DNA of 64,000 nt from Lacipirellulaceae bacterium (GTDB lineage Bacteria > Planctomycetota > Planctomycetia > Pirellulales > Lacipirellulaceae). Position 1 is the first letter of the stretch. Every line of letters starts with the position of its first letter. The position numbers and the translations under genes are program-made. The stretch lies in assembly GCA_965228005.1 (NCBI GenBank), contig CBDDGV010000003.1:828244-892243 (forward strand), read 5' to 3'. The notes beneath the pieces were generated by a model that saw only the letters and a list, made by a program, of their open reading frames with translations, was not told where the DNA came from and ran no database searches. Shown here in pieces: positions 21,901-31,447 of the stretch.

Positions 21901-22974
21901 ATGTCGATCCGCAAAGAAGAGAGCCACGCATCCGAGAGTTCCTCCGAGGGAGATTTTGCCGGGCGGCTCAGAAACTACTCTCGCATGGTGAGCGAGAAGC
22001 TCGACTTGAATCGCCAATCTGCTGCCAAAGTCGTCGGGATGTCGGCCGCGGCTTGTGCGGCACTCTCGGCCCACCAATCGGCTGAGGCGGCGATCCGCTA
22101 CAGCGGTCCGCTCAACCTCAACGCCGCGGTCTACACCAACTTCTCATTCCAAAACGCTTCGTTCAACATCGACGGGCTTGCCAACTTCGGGATCTCTGCA
22201 GCTCGTTTCTCGGCCTACTACCTCTACGGCTTGCAACAAGTCGGCTTCGGAACAACGGGCACGGTGAACAACACGAATGCCGCTGGCCCAAATGGTGAAG
22301 AGATCGTCTTCGCCCCCGGCCCCAATGGCGACAACCAGCCGGATAGGCTCGGTGCAGGAACGACGATCGATTCCAACTCGCCCTGGTTTGCGCCGGCCAT
22401 CAACGCGGGCAACATCAACAAGGCCGTGATCCAGGCGAACAACTACGCCCCCTATTCCTACTTTTCTGGGAACAACTGGCCGAACCCAGCCGCCGGATTC
22501 AACTACCCCAACTACGGCTACGGTTACTTCTACACCGCCACCGGCTTCGCGGGCATCCGCTTCGACACGGCCGGCGGAAACGCGAAGCATAACGGGTGGG
22601 TCCGCCTTCAAATCACTAACAACGGGACCGTTGGCGGGTTCACCCAGCGGTACCAGGTCGGCAGGATTGATGTCCTCGAATGGGCCTACGAGACAACCCC
22701 GGATGCTCCGATCGAAGCCGGCGCAGGCGTAGGGGCCGGAGATTTTGACGCCGACGGAGACGTGGACATTGCCGATCTCGCGCTCTGGCAGCGAGACGAC
22801 GGCTCGGCCGCCGGGCTGGAAGAGTGGCAGGTCAACCTCGGGCGTGTCGATACGCCTGTGCCGGCGATCTCGAGCGTGCCTGAGCCGGGATCGGCTGCAC
22901 TGCTGACCCTCGGTCTCTTGGCGACGGGGGCCCGCGGAGTCCGCAGGCAGCGGAAAATCAAAGAAGCAAAGTAG
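21901..22974 (+). CDS. PEP-CTERM protein (paralog A) with dockerin-like DxDxDG motif
   Basis: Start taken at MSIRKEESHASE. C-terminus GDFDADGDVDIADLALWQRDDGSAAG ... VPEPGSAALLTLGLLATGARGVRRQRK. Confidence 0.6.
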   Translation: MSIRKEESHASESSSEGDFAGRLRNYSRMVSEKLDLNRQSAAKVVGMSAAACAALSAHQSAEAAIRYSGPLNLNAAVYTNFSFQNASFNIDGLANFGISAARFSAYYLYGLQQVGFGTTGTVNNTNAAGPNGEEIVFAPGPNGDNQPDRLGAGTTIDSNSPWFAPAINAGNINKAVIQANNYAPYSYFSGNNWPNPAAGFNYPNYGYGYFYTATGFAGIRFDTAGGNAKHNGWVRLQITNNGTVGGFTQRYQVGRIDVLEWAYETTPDAPIEAGAGVGAGDFDADGDVDIADLALWQRDDGSAAGLEEWQVNLGRVDTPVPAISSVPEPGSAALLTLGLLATGARGVRRQRKIKEAK

Positions 22975-23105
22975 CCGTGCAGTGCGTGGAGTGTCGGCGG
23001 GCGTACGGGGCAGTACGCTCTGCCATGCAGCCGCAGCGTCGGCCGTGATTGGTTGGCTCTGCTCGAAGAGTTCTTTTCCGTTTTCTCCACAGTTAGGTCT
23101 GTCTA

Positions 23106-24002
23106 ATGCAAAGAACACCCGGGAATCCGACCTTCTCCGACCGCTTACAGAGTTACTCTCGGATGGTGACGACCAAGCTCGACGCCGGCCGACAAAAAGC
23201 GGTCCAGGCCACGGCGCTCACTGCGGCGGCGAGTGCGACGCTCTCGGCCCACCAAGCCGCCGAAGCCGCGATCGTTTATAGCGGCCCGGTGAACCTCACC
23301 GCCGCGGTCTACTCCGACTTCTCTTTCCAGAACGCCTCATTCAGCATCGACGGCCTAGCCAACTTCGGCATCTCGGCCGCCCGGTTCTCCGCCTACTACC
23401 TCTACGGCTTGCGGCAAGTCGGTTTCGGGACGACGGGTTCCGTCAACAACACCGGCGTCCCGGGGCCGAACGGTGAAGAGATCGTTTTCGCGCCGGGCGG
23501 GGGCGGCCAGAACCAACCCGACAAGCTCGGCGCTGGCACGACCATCGACTCGAACTCGCCCTGGTTCGCGCCCGCGATCAACGCGGGCAACGGCAACAAG
23601 GCCCTGATCGAGGCGAACAACTACGGTTCCGCCGCCGCCGGGAACAACTGGCCGAACCCGGCAGCCGGCTTCAACTACCCCGCCTACGGCTACGGCAACT
23701 TCTACACCGCCACGGGCTTCGCGGGCGTCCGCTTCGACACGGCCGGCGGCAACGCGAAGCACAACGGATGGGTGCGTCTGCGGATCACCAACAACGGCGT
23801 CGGCGGGACCTTTACCCAGCGTTACCAAGTCGGCAAGATCGACGTTCTCGACTGGGCGTACAATTCGATCCCCGACGCCCCGATCGCAGCCGGCCAGATC
23901 CCCGAGCCGTCGGCCGCCGCACTCGGCACGCTTGGCGCCTTGGCTCTCGGCGCCTCGAGCGTGAGAGCAATTGGTCGAAAGCGTCGGAGCAAAGCCGCTT
24001 GA
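23106..24002 (+). CDS. PEP-CTERM protein (paralog B of 21901..22974)
   Basis: N-terminal 180 aa are near-identical to paralog A (YSRMV..KLD...SAHQAAEAAI.YSGP.NL.AAVY). Ends IPEPSAAALGTLGALALGASSVRAIGRKRRSKAA. Confidence 0.6.
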   Translation: MQRTPGNPTFSDRLQSYSRMVTTKLDAGRQKAVQATALTAAASATLSAHQAAEAAIVYSGPVNLTAAVYSDFSFQNASFSIDGLANFGISAARFSAYYLYGLRQVGFGTTGSVNNTGVPGPNGEEIVFAPGGGGQNQPDKLGAGTTIDSNSPWFAPAINAGNGNKALIEANNYGSAAAGNNWPNPAAGFNYPAYGYGNFYTATGFAGVRFDTAGGNAKHNGWVRLRITNNGVGGTFTQRYQVGKIDVLDWAYNSIPDAPIAAGQIPEPSAAALGTLGALALGASSVRAIGRKRRSKAA

Positions 24003-24124
24003 GCACAGCGTCGCACGGCGCAGTCGCAAAACGACTCTGGGAAACATGTTCCCAGAGTCGTTTTTTTGGCATCCGGTTTCCCCACGCGGCGATGATGCCC
24101 CAATCCTGAAGACAACGAGCTCCA

Positions 24125-26608
24125 TTGGCCACGCCGATGATAACCAACGGAAAATCGAAGAAGATCCTGCTGATCGGCTGGGACGCCGCGGATTGGAAGG
24201 TCATCAACCCGCTGCTCGACGCCGGGAAGATGCCCGCACTCGAGGGGATGATCAACGGCGGCGTGATGGGCAATCTAGCCACCATCCACCCGATCCTCTC
24301 GCCCATGCTCTGGACCTCGATCGCCACCGGCAAGCGCGCCTTCAAGCACGGCATCCATGGCTTTACCGAGCCAACAGCGGACGGTTCGGACATCCAGCCG
24401 ATCACCAACCTGTCTCGGAAGACGAAAACGTTCTGGAACATCTTCAACCAGAACGGGATGCGGGGGCACATCGTCGGTTGGTGGCCCAGCAGCCCGGCGG
24501 AACCGATCAACGGCGTGATGGTCTCGAACCACTTCCAACGCATGGCGTCGATCGATCCCGACGAGCCGTGGCCGATGGCCACGGGCACCGTGCACCCCCC
24601 GGAGATGCAGGAGGAACTCGAGGAGCTTCGGTTCCACCCGGCTTGGCTCGACGAACGACAGGTGCGGCCGTTCATCCCTCATGCGGAAGAGGTCGATCAA
24701 GACAAAGACAGCCGCATGGCGTCGTGCATGAAGATGATCGCCGAGTGCACGAGCATCCAAGCAGCTGCGACCCACCTGTTGCAGACGCAACCCTGGGACT
24801 ACGCGGCGGTCTACTTCGACGCGATTGACCACTTCTGCCACGGGTTCATGAAGTACCACCCGCCGCGGCAGGAGTTCATCTCCGAGCAGGACTTCCGGCT
24901 CTACTCAAACGTGGTCGAAGCCGGCTACCGCTTCCACGACATGATGCTGGCCACGCTGCTGACCCTGGCCGGCGAGGACACCACGGTGATCCTGATCTCC
25001 GACCACGGCTTCCACCCAGACCACATGCGGCTCAAGAGCATGCCCAACGAGCCCGCCGCCCCCGCCGCGGAGCACCGTGACCTGGGGATTATCGTCATGA
25101 AAGGCCCCGGGGTCCGGGAGGACGAGAGGATCTACGGGGCGAGCCTATTGGATATCTGCCCGACGTTGCTGACCGCCGCAGGGCTGCCGGTGGGGGAAGA
25201 CATGGACGGCAACGCATTGGTGCAGGCCTGGGAGGAACGACCCGAGGTGCAGCGCATCCCCTCGTGGGAGGACGTTGCGGGCGACACCGGCCAGCACCCG
25301 CCCGACACGAAGCTCGACCCCCGCGAGTCGCAACAGGCGATCCAGCAGTTGGTCGAGCTCGGCTACATCGACAAGCCCGCAGGCGACAAGCAGCAGGCGA
25401 TCGCGCAGACCGTCGGCGAACTGAACTTCAACCTAGCACAAGCCTATATCGACGCCGACCGCCACGCCGAGGCCGTCGAGATCCTGGCCGAGCACTACGA
25501 GAAAGACCCGACCGACACGCGCGTCGGGATGCGGCTTATCTTCTGCTACCGCGCGCTAGGGCGGATCGATGAGATGAAGCCCCTGCTCGAGCGTGTCAAG
25601 AGGCATCGGGTCGAGAAGGTGACGGAGTCTGCGAGAATGCTCGCGGCCCTCGTCGACAAGATCTCCCTTCGCTCAGAAGACGCTCCGCGACGATCGAAGA
25701 AAGACGGCAAAGAAGAAGGCGCCGGCCCTCCGACTCCTCGGGACCCTTCGGAAGACGCCGAACTGGCCGCCGCGATGGCCGCCGCCGAACGGCTTGCCGC
25801 GATCGAGGGTGACGAGGACGCCTCCGACGAGCAGAAGCTGAAAGCCCGCAAGGAACTCGCCGAGAAGCGACAATCGATCTTCCAGAAGGCGGTGCAGAAG
25901 GCCACCGACACAGAGAAGCGGCAGATACAGATGTTGCTCAAGGAGTCGCAGCACAACCCCTATTCGTTCGACTACCTCGACGGCTACGTCTTGCTCGCGG
26001 AGGGAAAGGTAGAGGAATCGCTGGAGTGCTTCCGACGCGCCGAAGAGGTCGAGCCGAATCGCCCGTGGCTCCCCATCCAGATCGGCGAAGCCTACCAGCA
26101 ACTCAATCGGTGGGAGGAGGCGGAGACCAGCTTCCTACGCGCCATCGAATTAGACCCCGAGAACGCCTCGGCTCATTCCGGGCTGGCGAGGACCTACCTG
26201 GGGCTCTCCCAGAACCAAGAAGCGGCCGAATCCGCGCTCACGGCCGTCAGCCTGCAACACTTCGCTCCCTACGCCCACTACCTGCTCGGGTCCGCGCTGC
26301 ACCGCCTCGGCGAAGTCGATCGGGCCGTCGAAGCTCTCAGCACGGCCGTGAGCATCAATCCCAACTTCAGCGAAGCACACGGCCGGTTGGCGTTGCTCTA
26401 CGAACGTCAACTCAACGACCCCGAGAAGGCGACCTACCACCAGAAGTGTGTCAGCCAGGCCGCTGCGAAAGGGCCTTCGTCCGCGATGCCTACTCCCGTC
26501 GTCGGCATCGCCGCATCGGCCAAAGACAAACAGGCCCTGTGGGACAGCATCACGGATTTAGTGACCGAACGCCCGCGCTCCGACCGGGGCTCGACCTCTC
26601 CGGCGTGA
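24125..26608 (+). CDS. alkaline-phosphatase-superfamily phosphodiesterase/nucleotide pyrophosphatase fused to C-terminal TPR repeats
   Basis: KILLIGWDAADW metal-site motif typical of type I phosphodiesterase/NPP. C-terminal half holds TPR-like repeats (AYIDADRHAEAVEIL..., AYQQLNRWEEAETSFLRAIELDP). Confidence 0.6.
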   Translation: MATPMITNGKSKKILLIGWDAADWKVINPLLDAGKMPALEGMINGGVMGNLATIHPILSPMLWTSIATGKRAFKHGIHGFTEPTADGSDIQPITNLSRKTKTFWNIFNQNGMRGHIVGWWPSSPAEPINGVMVSNHFQRMASIDPDEPWPMATGTVHPPEMQEELEELRFHPAWLDERQVRPFIPHAEEVDQDKDSRMASCMKMIAECTSIQAAATHLLQTQPWDYAAVYFDAIDHFCHGFMKYHPPRQEFISEQDFRLYSNVVEAGYRFHDMMLATLLTLAGEDTTVILISDHGFHPDHMRLKSMPNEPAAPAAEHRDLGIIVMKGPGVREDERIYGASLLDICPTLLTAAGLPVGEDMDGNALVQAWEERPEVQRIPSWEDVAGDTGQHPPDTKLDPRESQQAIQQLVELGYIDKPAGDKQQAIAQTVGELNFNLAQAYIDADRHAEAVEILAEHYEKDPTDTRVGMRLIFCYRALGRIDEMKPLLERVKRHRVEKVTESARMLAALVDKISLRSEDAPRRSKKDGKEEGAGPPTPRDPSEDAELAAAMAAAERLAAIEGDEDASDEQKLKARKELAEKRQSIFQKAVQKATDTEKRQIQMLLKESQHNPYSFDYLDGYVLLAEGKVEESLECFRRAEEVEPNRPWLPIQIGEAYQQLNRWEEAETSFLRAIELDPENASAHSGLARTYLGLSQNQEAAESALTAVSLQHFAPYAHYLLGSALHRLGEVDRAVEALSTAVSINPNFSEAHGRLALLYERQLNDPEKATYHQKCVSQAAAKGPSSAMPTPVVGIAASAKDKQALWDSITDLVTERPRSDRGSTSPA

Positions 26609-27159
26609 TCACCATCGTCACCGGCCTGCCAAGGTCCGGCACCTCGATGCTGATGCAGATGCTCACCGCGGGAGGGCTGCCCGCGTTCACCGACGGCGAA
26701 CGCGCCGCCGACGAAGACAACCCCAAGGGCTACTTTGAACTGGAGCGGGTGAAGCGAATCCGCAGCGACGCGTCCTGGATCTCCGACGCGCGCGGCAAGT
26801 GCATCAAAGTCATCGCCCAGCTACTCCCGATGCTGCCCAAGCAGCGCTACCGGATCATCTTTGTCGATCGCGACCTGGACGAGGTCGTCCGCTCGCAGCG
26901 TGCGATGCTCGACCGCTCGGGCAAAGCTGGCGCAAAGCTGTCCGACGAGCAGCTCAAGGACGCCTTCACGAAGCAGACCCGGGCCATCGGCGAGATGCTC
27001 GAGGCGACGCAGATTCCCGTGATCAAAGTGCGACACCGAGACTGCATTCACGAGTCGGCGACCGTGGCGACCAAGATCAACCAGTTCTTAGGCAGCGGGC
27101 TCAACGAAGAGGCGATGGCCGCCGCAGTAGATCTCGATCTGTACCGGCAACGGGCGTGA
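26605..27159 (+). CDS. sulfotransferase family protein (P-loop PAPS-binding)
   Basis: GTG start at 26605 overlaps the upstream TGA (GTGA). Encodes VITIVTGLPRSGTSML (5'-PSB loop) and RIIFVDRDLDEVVRSQ (3'-PB-like). Confidence 0.55.
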   Translation: MITIVTGLPRSGTSMLMQMLTAGGLPAFTDGERAADEDNPKGYFELERVKRIRSDASWISDARGKCIKVIAQLLPMLPKQRYRIIFVDRDLDEVVRSQRAMLDRSGKAGAKLSDEQLKDAFTKQTRAIGEMLEATQIPVIKVRHRDCIHESATVATKINQFLGSGLNEEAMAAAVDLDLYRQRA

Positions 27160-27223
27160 ACGCGTACATTGACGTTCCCGGCTGAAACCAGGTCGTTCTG
27201 CGCTGTGCAACGGTAGGAGTTCC

Positions 27224-29230
27224 ATGAAACGAGAGCGTCGGCTGCAGCCGCCCCGAGTCAAAACCGACCAGCTTAGGCAATGCCTGGTAGTCCCGGGTTC
27301 GTGGCCTTGTGAGGTGCTCCTGGCCGCTGTTCTGTTGCTCGGCGCCGGTTCCCACCAGTCGTCCGCCGACGTATTCACAAACGTCGCGGAAGCGACCAAC
27401 GACGGGTACGAGCTGATCTACACGCTGCCGATCCCCGATTCGGCTTCGTTCAGCTCCACCAGCGTCATCCCGTTCTTGGTAGACAACTCCGCCAGCTTCG
27501 CCAACACGCCGTTTGATCGCGTGGCTTACTACTTGGAACTAGCCGGCGGCCAAGGACTCACTTACGCGTACACCTCTATGGACGCCTTTTCGACCAACCT
27601 CAGCGATATCGGTTTGCCAGCCGATGGGCAGCTTTTCCAGCAGAACGTGTCGAACCTAAACGTCTTCTCTAACTCAACCTCGTTAACGACCGGCATCGGG
27701 ATTTCCACGGGAAACATCGAGTTCTGGAACACCAACTACGGCACCGCGAACAGCGCGGGTGTTCCCGGCGCGAACGACGGGACGTACGACTTTGGAGACA
27801 GCGTCTCCGGCAACGGGAGCTACTCGTCGTTCCAGGTGCACAACCACGGAGCCGGGGAGACGATCATCGCGTACAACCAGTGGGCCGGATTCAACCCGAA
27901 TGCGGACAGCGACCTGGGCATTGGGAACAGACCCGTCGGGAACCCCGATTGGACGTTCTCGCAGAGCGCCGGGTCGTACTCGGTCAAGAACCTGCAGGTC
28001 TTGATCAGACCGTCGGGCCTTTCGGTCGACTCTTCCCTGCAGCGCGCAATCTTCCAACGCAACTACCAGAACTCCGCGACGATCCCCCTCCAGGGCCAGG
28101 TGGACGCCTCGGCGGCCGTCTCCATTGAGGCCCGGGCCGTCCCGCGCGCCGGCTACTCGGGGGTCGCGACCGGATGGGTCACGGTCGATTCCAGCCTTCA
28201 GTCCGGCTCATGGGACGGGGCGCTTGATCTGCTGGCGGGTTGGTACGACATCGAAGTCCGGTCGATCGATGGGGGCGGCAACGTCGTTGACCAGCAGTCC
28301 GTCAATCGCGTCGGCGTTGGCGAAGTCTTCGTGGTCGCCGGGCAGTCCAACTCCGCGAACTACGGCAACCCGACGCTCTCCGCGCAGGACGACCGCGTCT
28401 CTGCGTTCGATCTAACGAACTGGCAGAAGGCCAACGACCCCATGCCAGTAGCCGACGGCTCAGGTGGTTCTCCTTGGCCGGCGCTCGGCGATATGCTCAC
28501 CGAGGAGTGGGACGTTCCCGTAGGGTTCGTGTCGGTCGGGTGGGGCGGAACCTCCGCCGCGCAATGGGAGCCCGGGGCCACCGGGCCGGACGCCGAGCCG
28601 CTCTACAACCGACTTCAAGACGCGCTAACCGCCCTCGGCCCCGACGGCGCCCGAGCCGTACTTTGGCACCAAGGTGAGGCTGACAACGCCTTCAACACGT
28701 CTGCGGTTGCATACGAAGCTTCGCTCGAGACGATCATCGCACAGTCGCGTGTCGACGCGGGTTACGACGTGCCGTGGGGAATCGCGCTGGCCTCATTCAT
28801 TTCACTGGGCAACCCCAACGACCCCAATATCACCGCCGCCCAGCAGAAGGTCGTCGACGACGACCCGCTAAACTTCCTCGGAGCCGCGACAGACGACCTT
28901 GGCGGCCCGGCATGGCGGTGGGACGGCATCCACTTCAACGAGCCCGGTCTCCGCGAACACGCGCAGCGCTGGTTCGACCAACTCCTAGCGTCACTTGAGT
29001 TCCCCACTCCGACCCCCGGCGACTACGACGGCGACGGAGACACGGACATCGCAGACCTCATGAGATGGCAAAGAAACGACGGATCAGCCGCAGGCCTGGA
29101 TGCCTGGCGGACCGGAGCCGGGGCGGGCGGCACATCAACGCAATCCGCCTCCGCCGTACCAGAACCACTCAGTATTTGGGGCATTGTCGGCGCCGCCCTT
29201 TGCCTGGCACATGACAGGCGGCGCCGCTAA
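27224..29230 (+). CDS. SASA-type carbohydrate esterase with PEP-CTERM anchor
   Basis: VFVVAGQSNSANYG and LWHQGEADN motifs. C-terminus GDYDGDGDTDIADLMRWQRNDGSAAG ... VPEPLSIWGIVGAALCLAHDRRRR. Confidence 0.65.
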   Translation: MKRERRLQPPRVKTDQLRQCLVVPGSWPCEVLLAAVLLLGAGSHQSSADVFTNVAEATNDGYELIYTLPIPDSASFSSTSVIPFLVDNSASFANTPFDRVAYYLELAGGQGLTYAYTSMDAFSTNLSDIGLPADGQLFQQNVSNLNVFSNSTSLTTGIGISTGNIEFWNTNYGTANSAGVPGANDGTYDFGDSVSGNGSYSSFQVHNHGAGETIIAYNQWAGFNPNADSDLGIGNRPVGNPDWTFSQSAGSYSVKNLQVLIRPSGLSVDSSLQRAIFQRNYQNSATIPLQGQVDASAAVSIEARAVPRAGYSGVATGWVTVDSSLQSGSWDGALDLLAGWYDIEVRSIDGGGNVVDQQSVNRVGVGEVFVVAGQSNSANYGNPTLSAQDDRVSAFDLTNWQKANDPMPVADGSGGSPWPALGDMLTEEWDVPVGFVSVGWGGTSAAQWEPGATGPDAEPLYNRLQDALTALGPDGARAVLWHQGEADNAFNTSAVAYEASLETIIAQSRVDAGYDVPWGIALASFISLGNPNDPNITAAQQKVVDDDPLNFLGAATDDLGGPAWRWDGIHFNEPGLREHAQRWFDQLLASLEFPTPTPGDYDGDGDTDIADLMRWQRNDGSAAGLDAWRTGAGAGGTSTQSASAVPEPLSIWGIVGAALCLAHDRRRR

Positions 29231-29336
29231 GCGGATGAGGCTGGAGCCGCTAGAGGAACGATGCGGCACGATCAAGAACGCAAGCCCAGTGCTTTGCCCA
29301 CGCAGGACATTCCCAAGGAAGCTATCCGATCGTCCG

Positions 29337-29765
29337 TTAAGGAGACAGGTTGAGCTGCAAACCTTCTCCCTCCCCCACAGTCACCGTCAAGCCAGAGCTG
29401 TCCACGCTCTCGTACTTCTCTGGCACTTGGAGAAACGTCCCTTCAAGTTTGCGCATCGGCATGGCCCTACCGCCACGGCTCTCTTTGCCCGCCGCTGCCA
29501 TCCCGGCGTACATCGAAGTGTTCACAGCAACGCGGTACTCTCCGGGCTTAACCGCGTAAACGGTAAAGACCCCGCCTACTCTCAGGTCACTCGATACCTG
29601 CGGGCCCCCTTCCACCGGCGCAAGCAACACCATGCCAATCTCGAGCGGCTGGCCATTGAGCGTGGCTTGGCCGTTGACATCGATTTGTTCCTGGGCATTT
29701 GGGCCACACCCCGCGCAGAGGGCGGCGGTCACGACAACCAGGGAAAGCTGGAAACAAGAGTGCAT
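29337..29765 (-). CDS. small lipoprotein (carboxypeptidase-regulatory-like domain) co-transcribed with a DUF1559 gene
   Basis: AALCAGCG lipobox. Lies 33 nt downstream of the DUF1559 gene on the same strand. Confidence 0.45.
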   Translation of the reverse strand: MHSCFQLSLVVVTAALCAGCGPNAQEQIDVNGQATLNGQPLEIGMVLLAPVEGGPQVSSDLRVGGVFTVYAVKPGEYRVAVNTSMYAGMAAAGKESRGGRAMPMRKLEGTFLQVPEKYESVDSSGLTVTVGEGEGLQLNLSP

Positions 29766-29797
29766 AGCTGCGATTGATCGAATGTAGGGTCTAGCGG

Positions 29798-30805
29798 TCA
29801 GTTCAGCGCGTCCTGGATGACTTGCCCGTCACCCGGAAGGATCAGATGGCTCCAGGGAATGATGTCGATGGTATCGCTGACGGTTCTGACGGCCCCGTCC
29901 CCCATCCCGACAAGAACGATGCCGGCGGAGTGGCCGATCGCCCGGTACTCTGCCCACCGGCATTCGCCCGGGTTAGGTGTCGAGATCGGCGGGAAGAACT
30001 GGTTGTATTCGATCTCCTCAGGGTTGTCCGTGAAGGCAATGTTCGTCCTGGCAAATACCGGCCAGTAGCGATCGTCCGCGGTGTAGCCCCACGAGTTGCC
30101 AAACGTGTCTGTGTTGTTCGGCTCACTGGCGGGGCCGCAGCCCATCTGACGCTCGGCAACAAAAACCGTGTTTGACGTGCCGTCCAGAATCTGCCGCAGA
30201 CGCCGGTCGCCGGCCCCGTTCCTCCACTCCCAGATGTCCTCGGGAGCGAACTCCGGGTCGCCGAACACCTGCCAGTTGCACCCGTAACTCGCCAGCGCCA
30301 CATCGACAGGGCGCCTCCACATCCAGCCGATGTTGCAACCGTCCACAAACACGCCGTCCTGGGGAGCGCTGGCATCATTCGGAGCGATCAGCACAGAGAG
30401 AGGAACGCTCATCGCCGCTTGCGTGTCGTTAATCGGCCCTAAGACACTCTTAGATGTGTTCCCGAAATCCGAAATGCTCTGACCGATCGCCCCCTGCTCA
30501 AAAAAAGGCAGCAGGCTGAAGAAGAAGGTCGTGTCGTCTGAGTTGTACGGCCCGGAGTAGTTGTCAACCCACCAAGCCGCATAGGCGGGGGGGAGGACGG
30601 AGTATTGGTTCTCCGCATTCAAAACGGACAGCATGATCTGCCTAAGATTGTTGGAGCTCTGCGTTCGTCGTGCTGCCTCTCGTGCGGCTTGCACTGCCGG
30701 CAGGAGCAGCCCCACGAGGACTCCAATAATCGCGATCACTACGAGTAGTTCTACGAGGGTGAATCCTGGGCTTGTCTTTCGCTCGATTCGATTCGGCATA
30801 GTCAT
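29798..30805 (-). CDS. DUF1559 prepilin-like protein
   Basis: GFTLVELLVVIAIIGVLVGLLLPAVQAAREAARR. Confidence 0.8.
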   Translation of the reverse strand: MTMPNRIERKTSPGFTLVELLVVIAIIGVLVGLLLPAVQAAREAARRTQSSNNLRQIMLSVLNAENQYSVLPPAYAAWWVDNYSGPYNSDDTTFFFSLLPFFEQGAIGQSISDFGNTSKSVLGPINDTQAAMSVPLSVLIAPNDASAPQDGVFVDGCNIGWMWRRPVDVALASYGCNWQVFGDPEFAPEDIWEWRNGAGDRRLRQILDGTSNTVFVAERQMGCGPASEPNNTDTFGNSWGYTADDRYWPVFARTNIAFTDNPEEIEYNQFFPPISTPNPGECRWAEYRAIGHSAGIVLVGMGDGAVRTVSDTIDIIPWSHLILPGDGQVIQDALN

Positions 30806-31447
30806 GTACCCGCGTTGAGGGGATAGGAGCCGCTTGTGACGAAGCCGCTAAGGGGCGCTGCCGACGGCTGTTCGGCCTACAAGTCCGCCTAGGTAATCCC
30901 AGAGAATCCAGAAGAGAGTCAGTAGAGAATATGAAGAGAGTCTATGAGAATTACTCGAAGTGCTCCGGCATCTCCTAATTCGGGGCCATTCTCGCCGGCC
31001 CCGCCACCAACCCGGGGCGCCACGGTGTCCGGTTCTTCTCGCATCATGGATGGCTCAAGCACCCGACCCTCTCGCTTCTTGCGGTAAGCCACTTATGAAG
31101 TACTGTGGCTCGAGCCACCATGCTGGGACGATGTCCCGCTGAAGCCTTCCGCAAGCAACCACATGCGGAGCAGAGAATTGGAGAGAAATAGCCACAGCGG
31201 CGAAGAATTGATCGCTTCCTTCCGGAAACGCTCTGCAGGACTCCGTCGTCGGCACAAGTGTTAGGGATCGTAGGAGCCTATAGAATTGACATGGACGGCG
31301 CCCCCGCCTTTTCTACTGATAGACTGTCCGGGACGGGCCGCGCAGTGGGAAGGCCGTCGTTTCCCCGTTTCGTTCATCAACGGAGAGCGAAAGAACCGGA
31401 GCCCGAGATCGCTCCCGGGCCCCGGCGTCGTCAACAACAAGAACGGC

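Noticed and set aside
26026-27159. 377-aa ORF spanning the end of the phosphodiesterase gene and the sulfotransferase
   Set aside because: Its N-terminal 190 aa are an out-of-frame overlap with the TPR region. The real sulfotransferase begins at GTG 26605.
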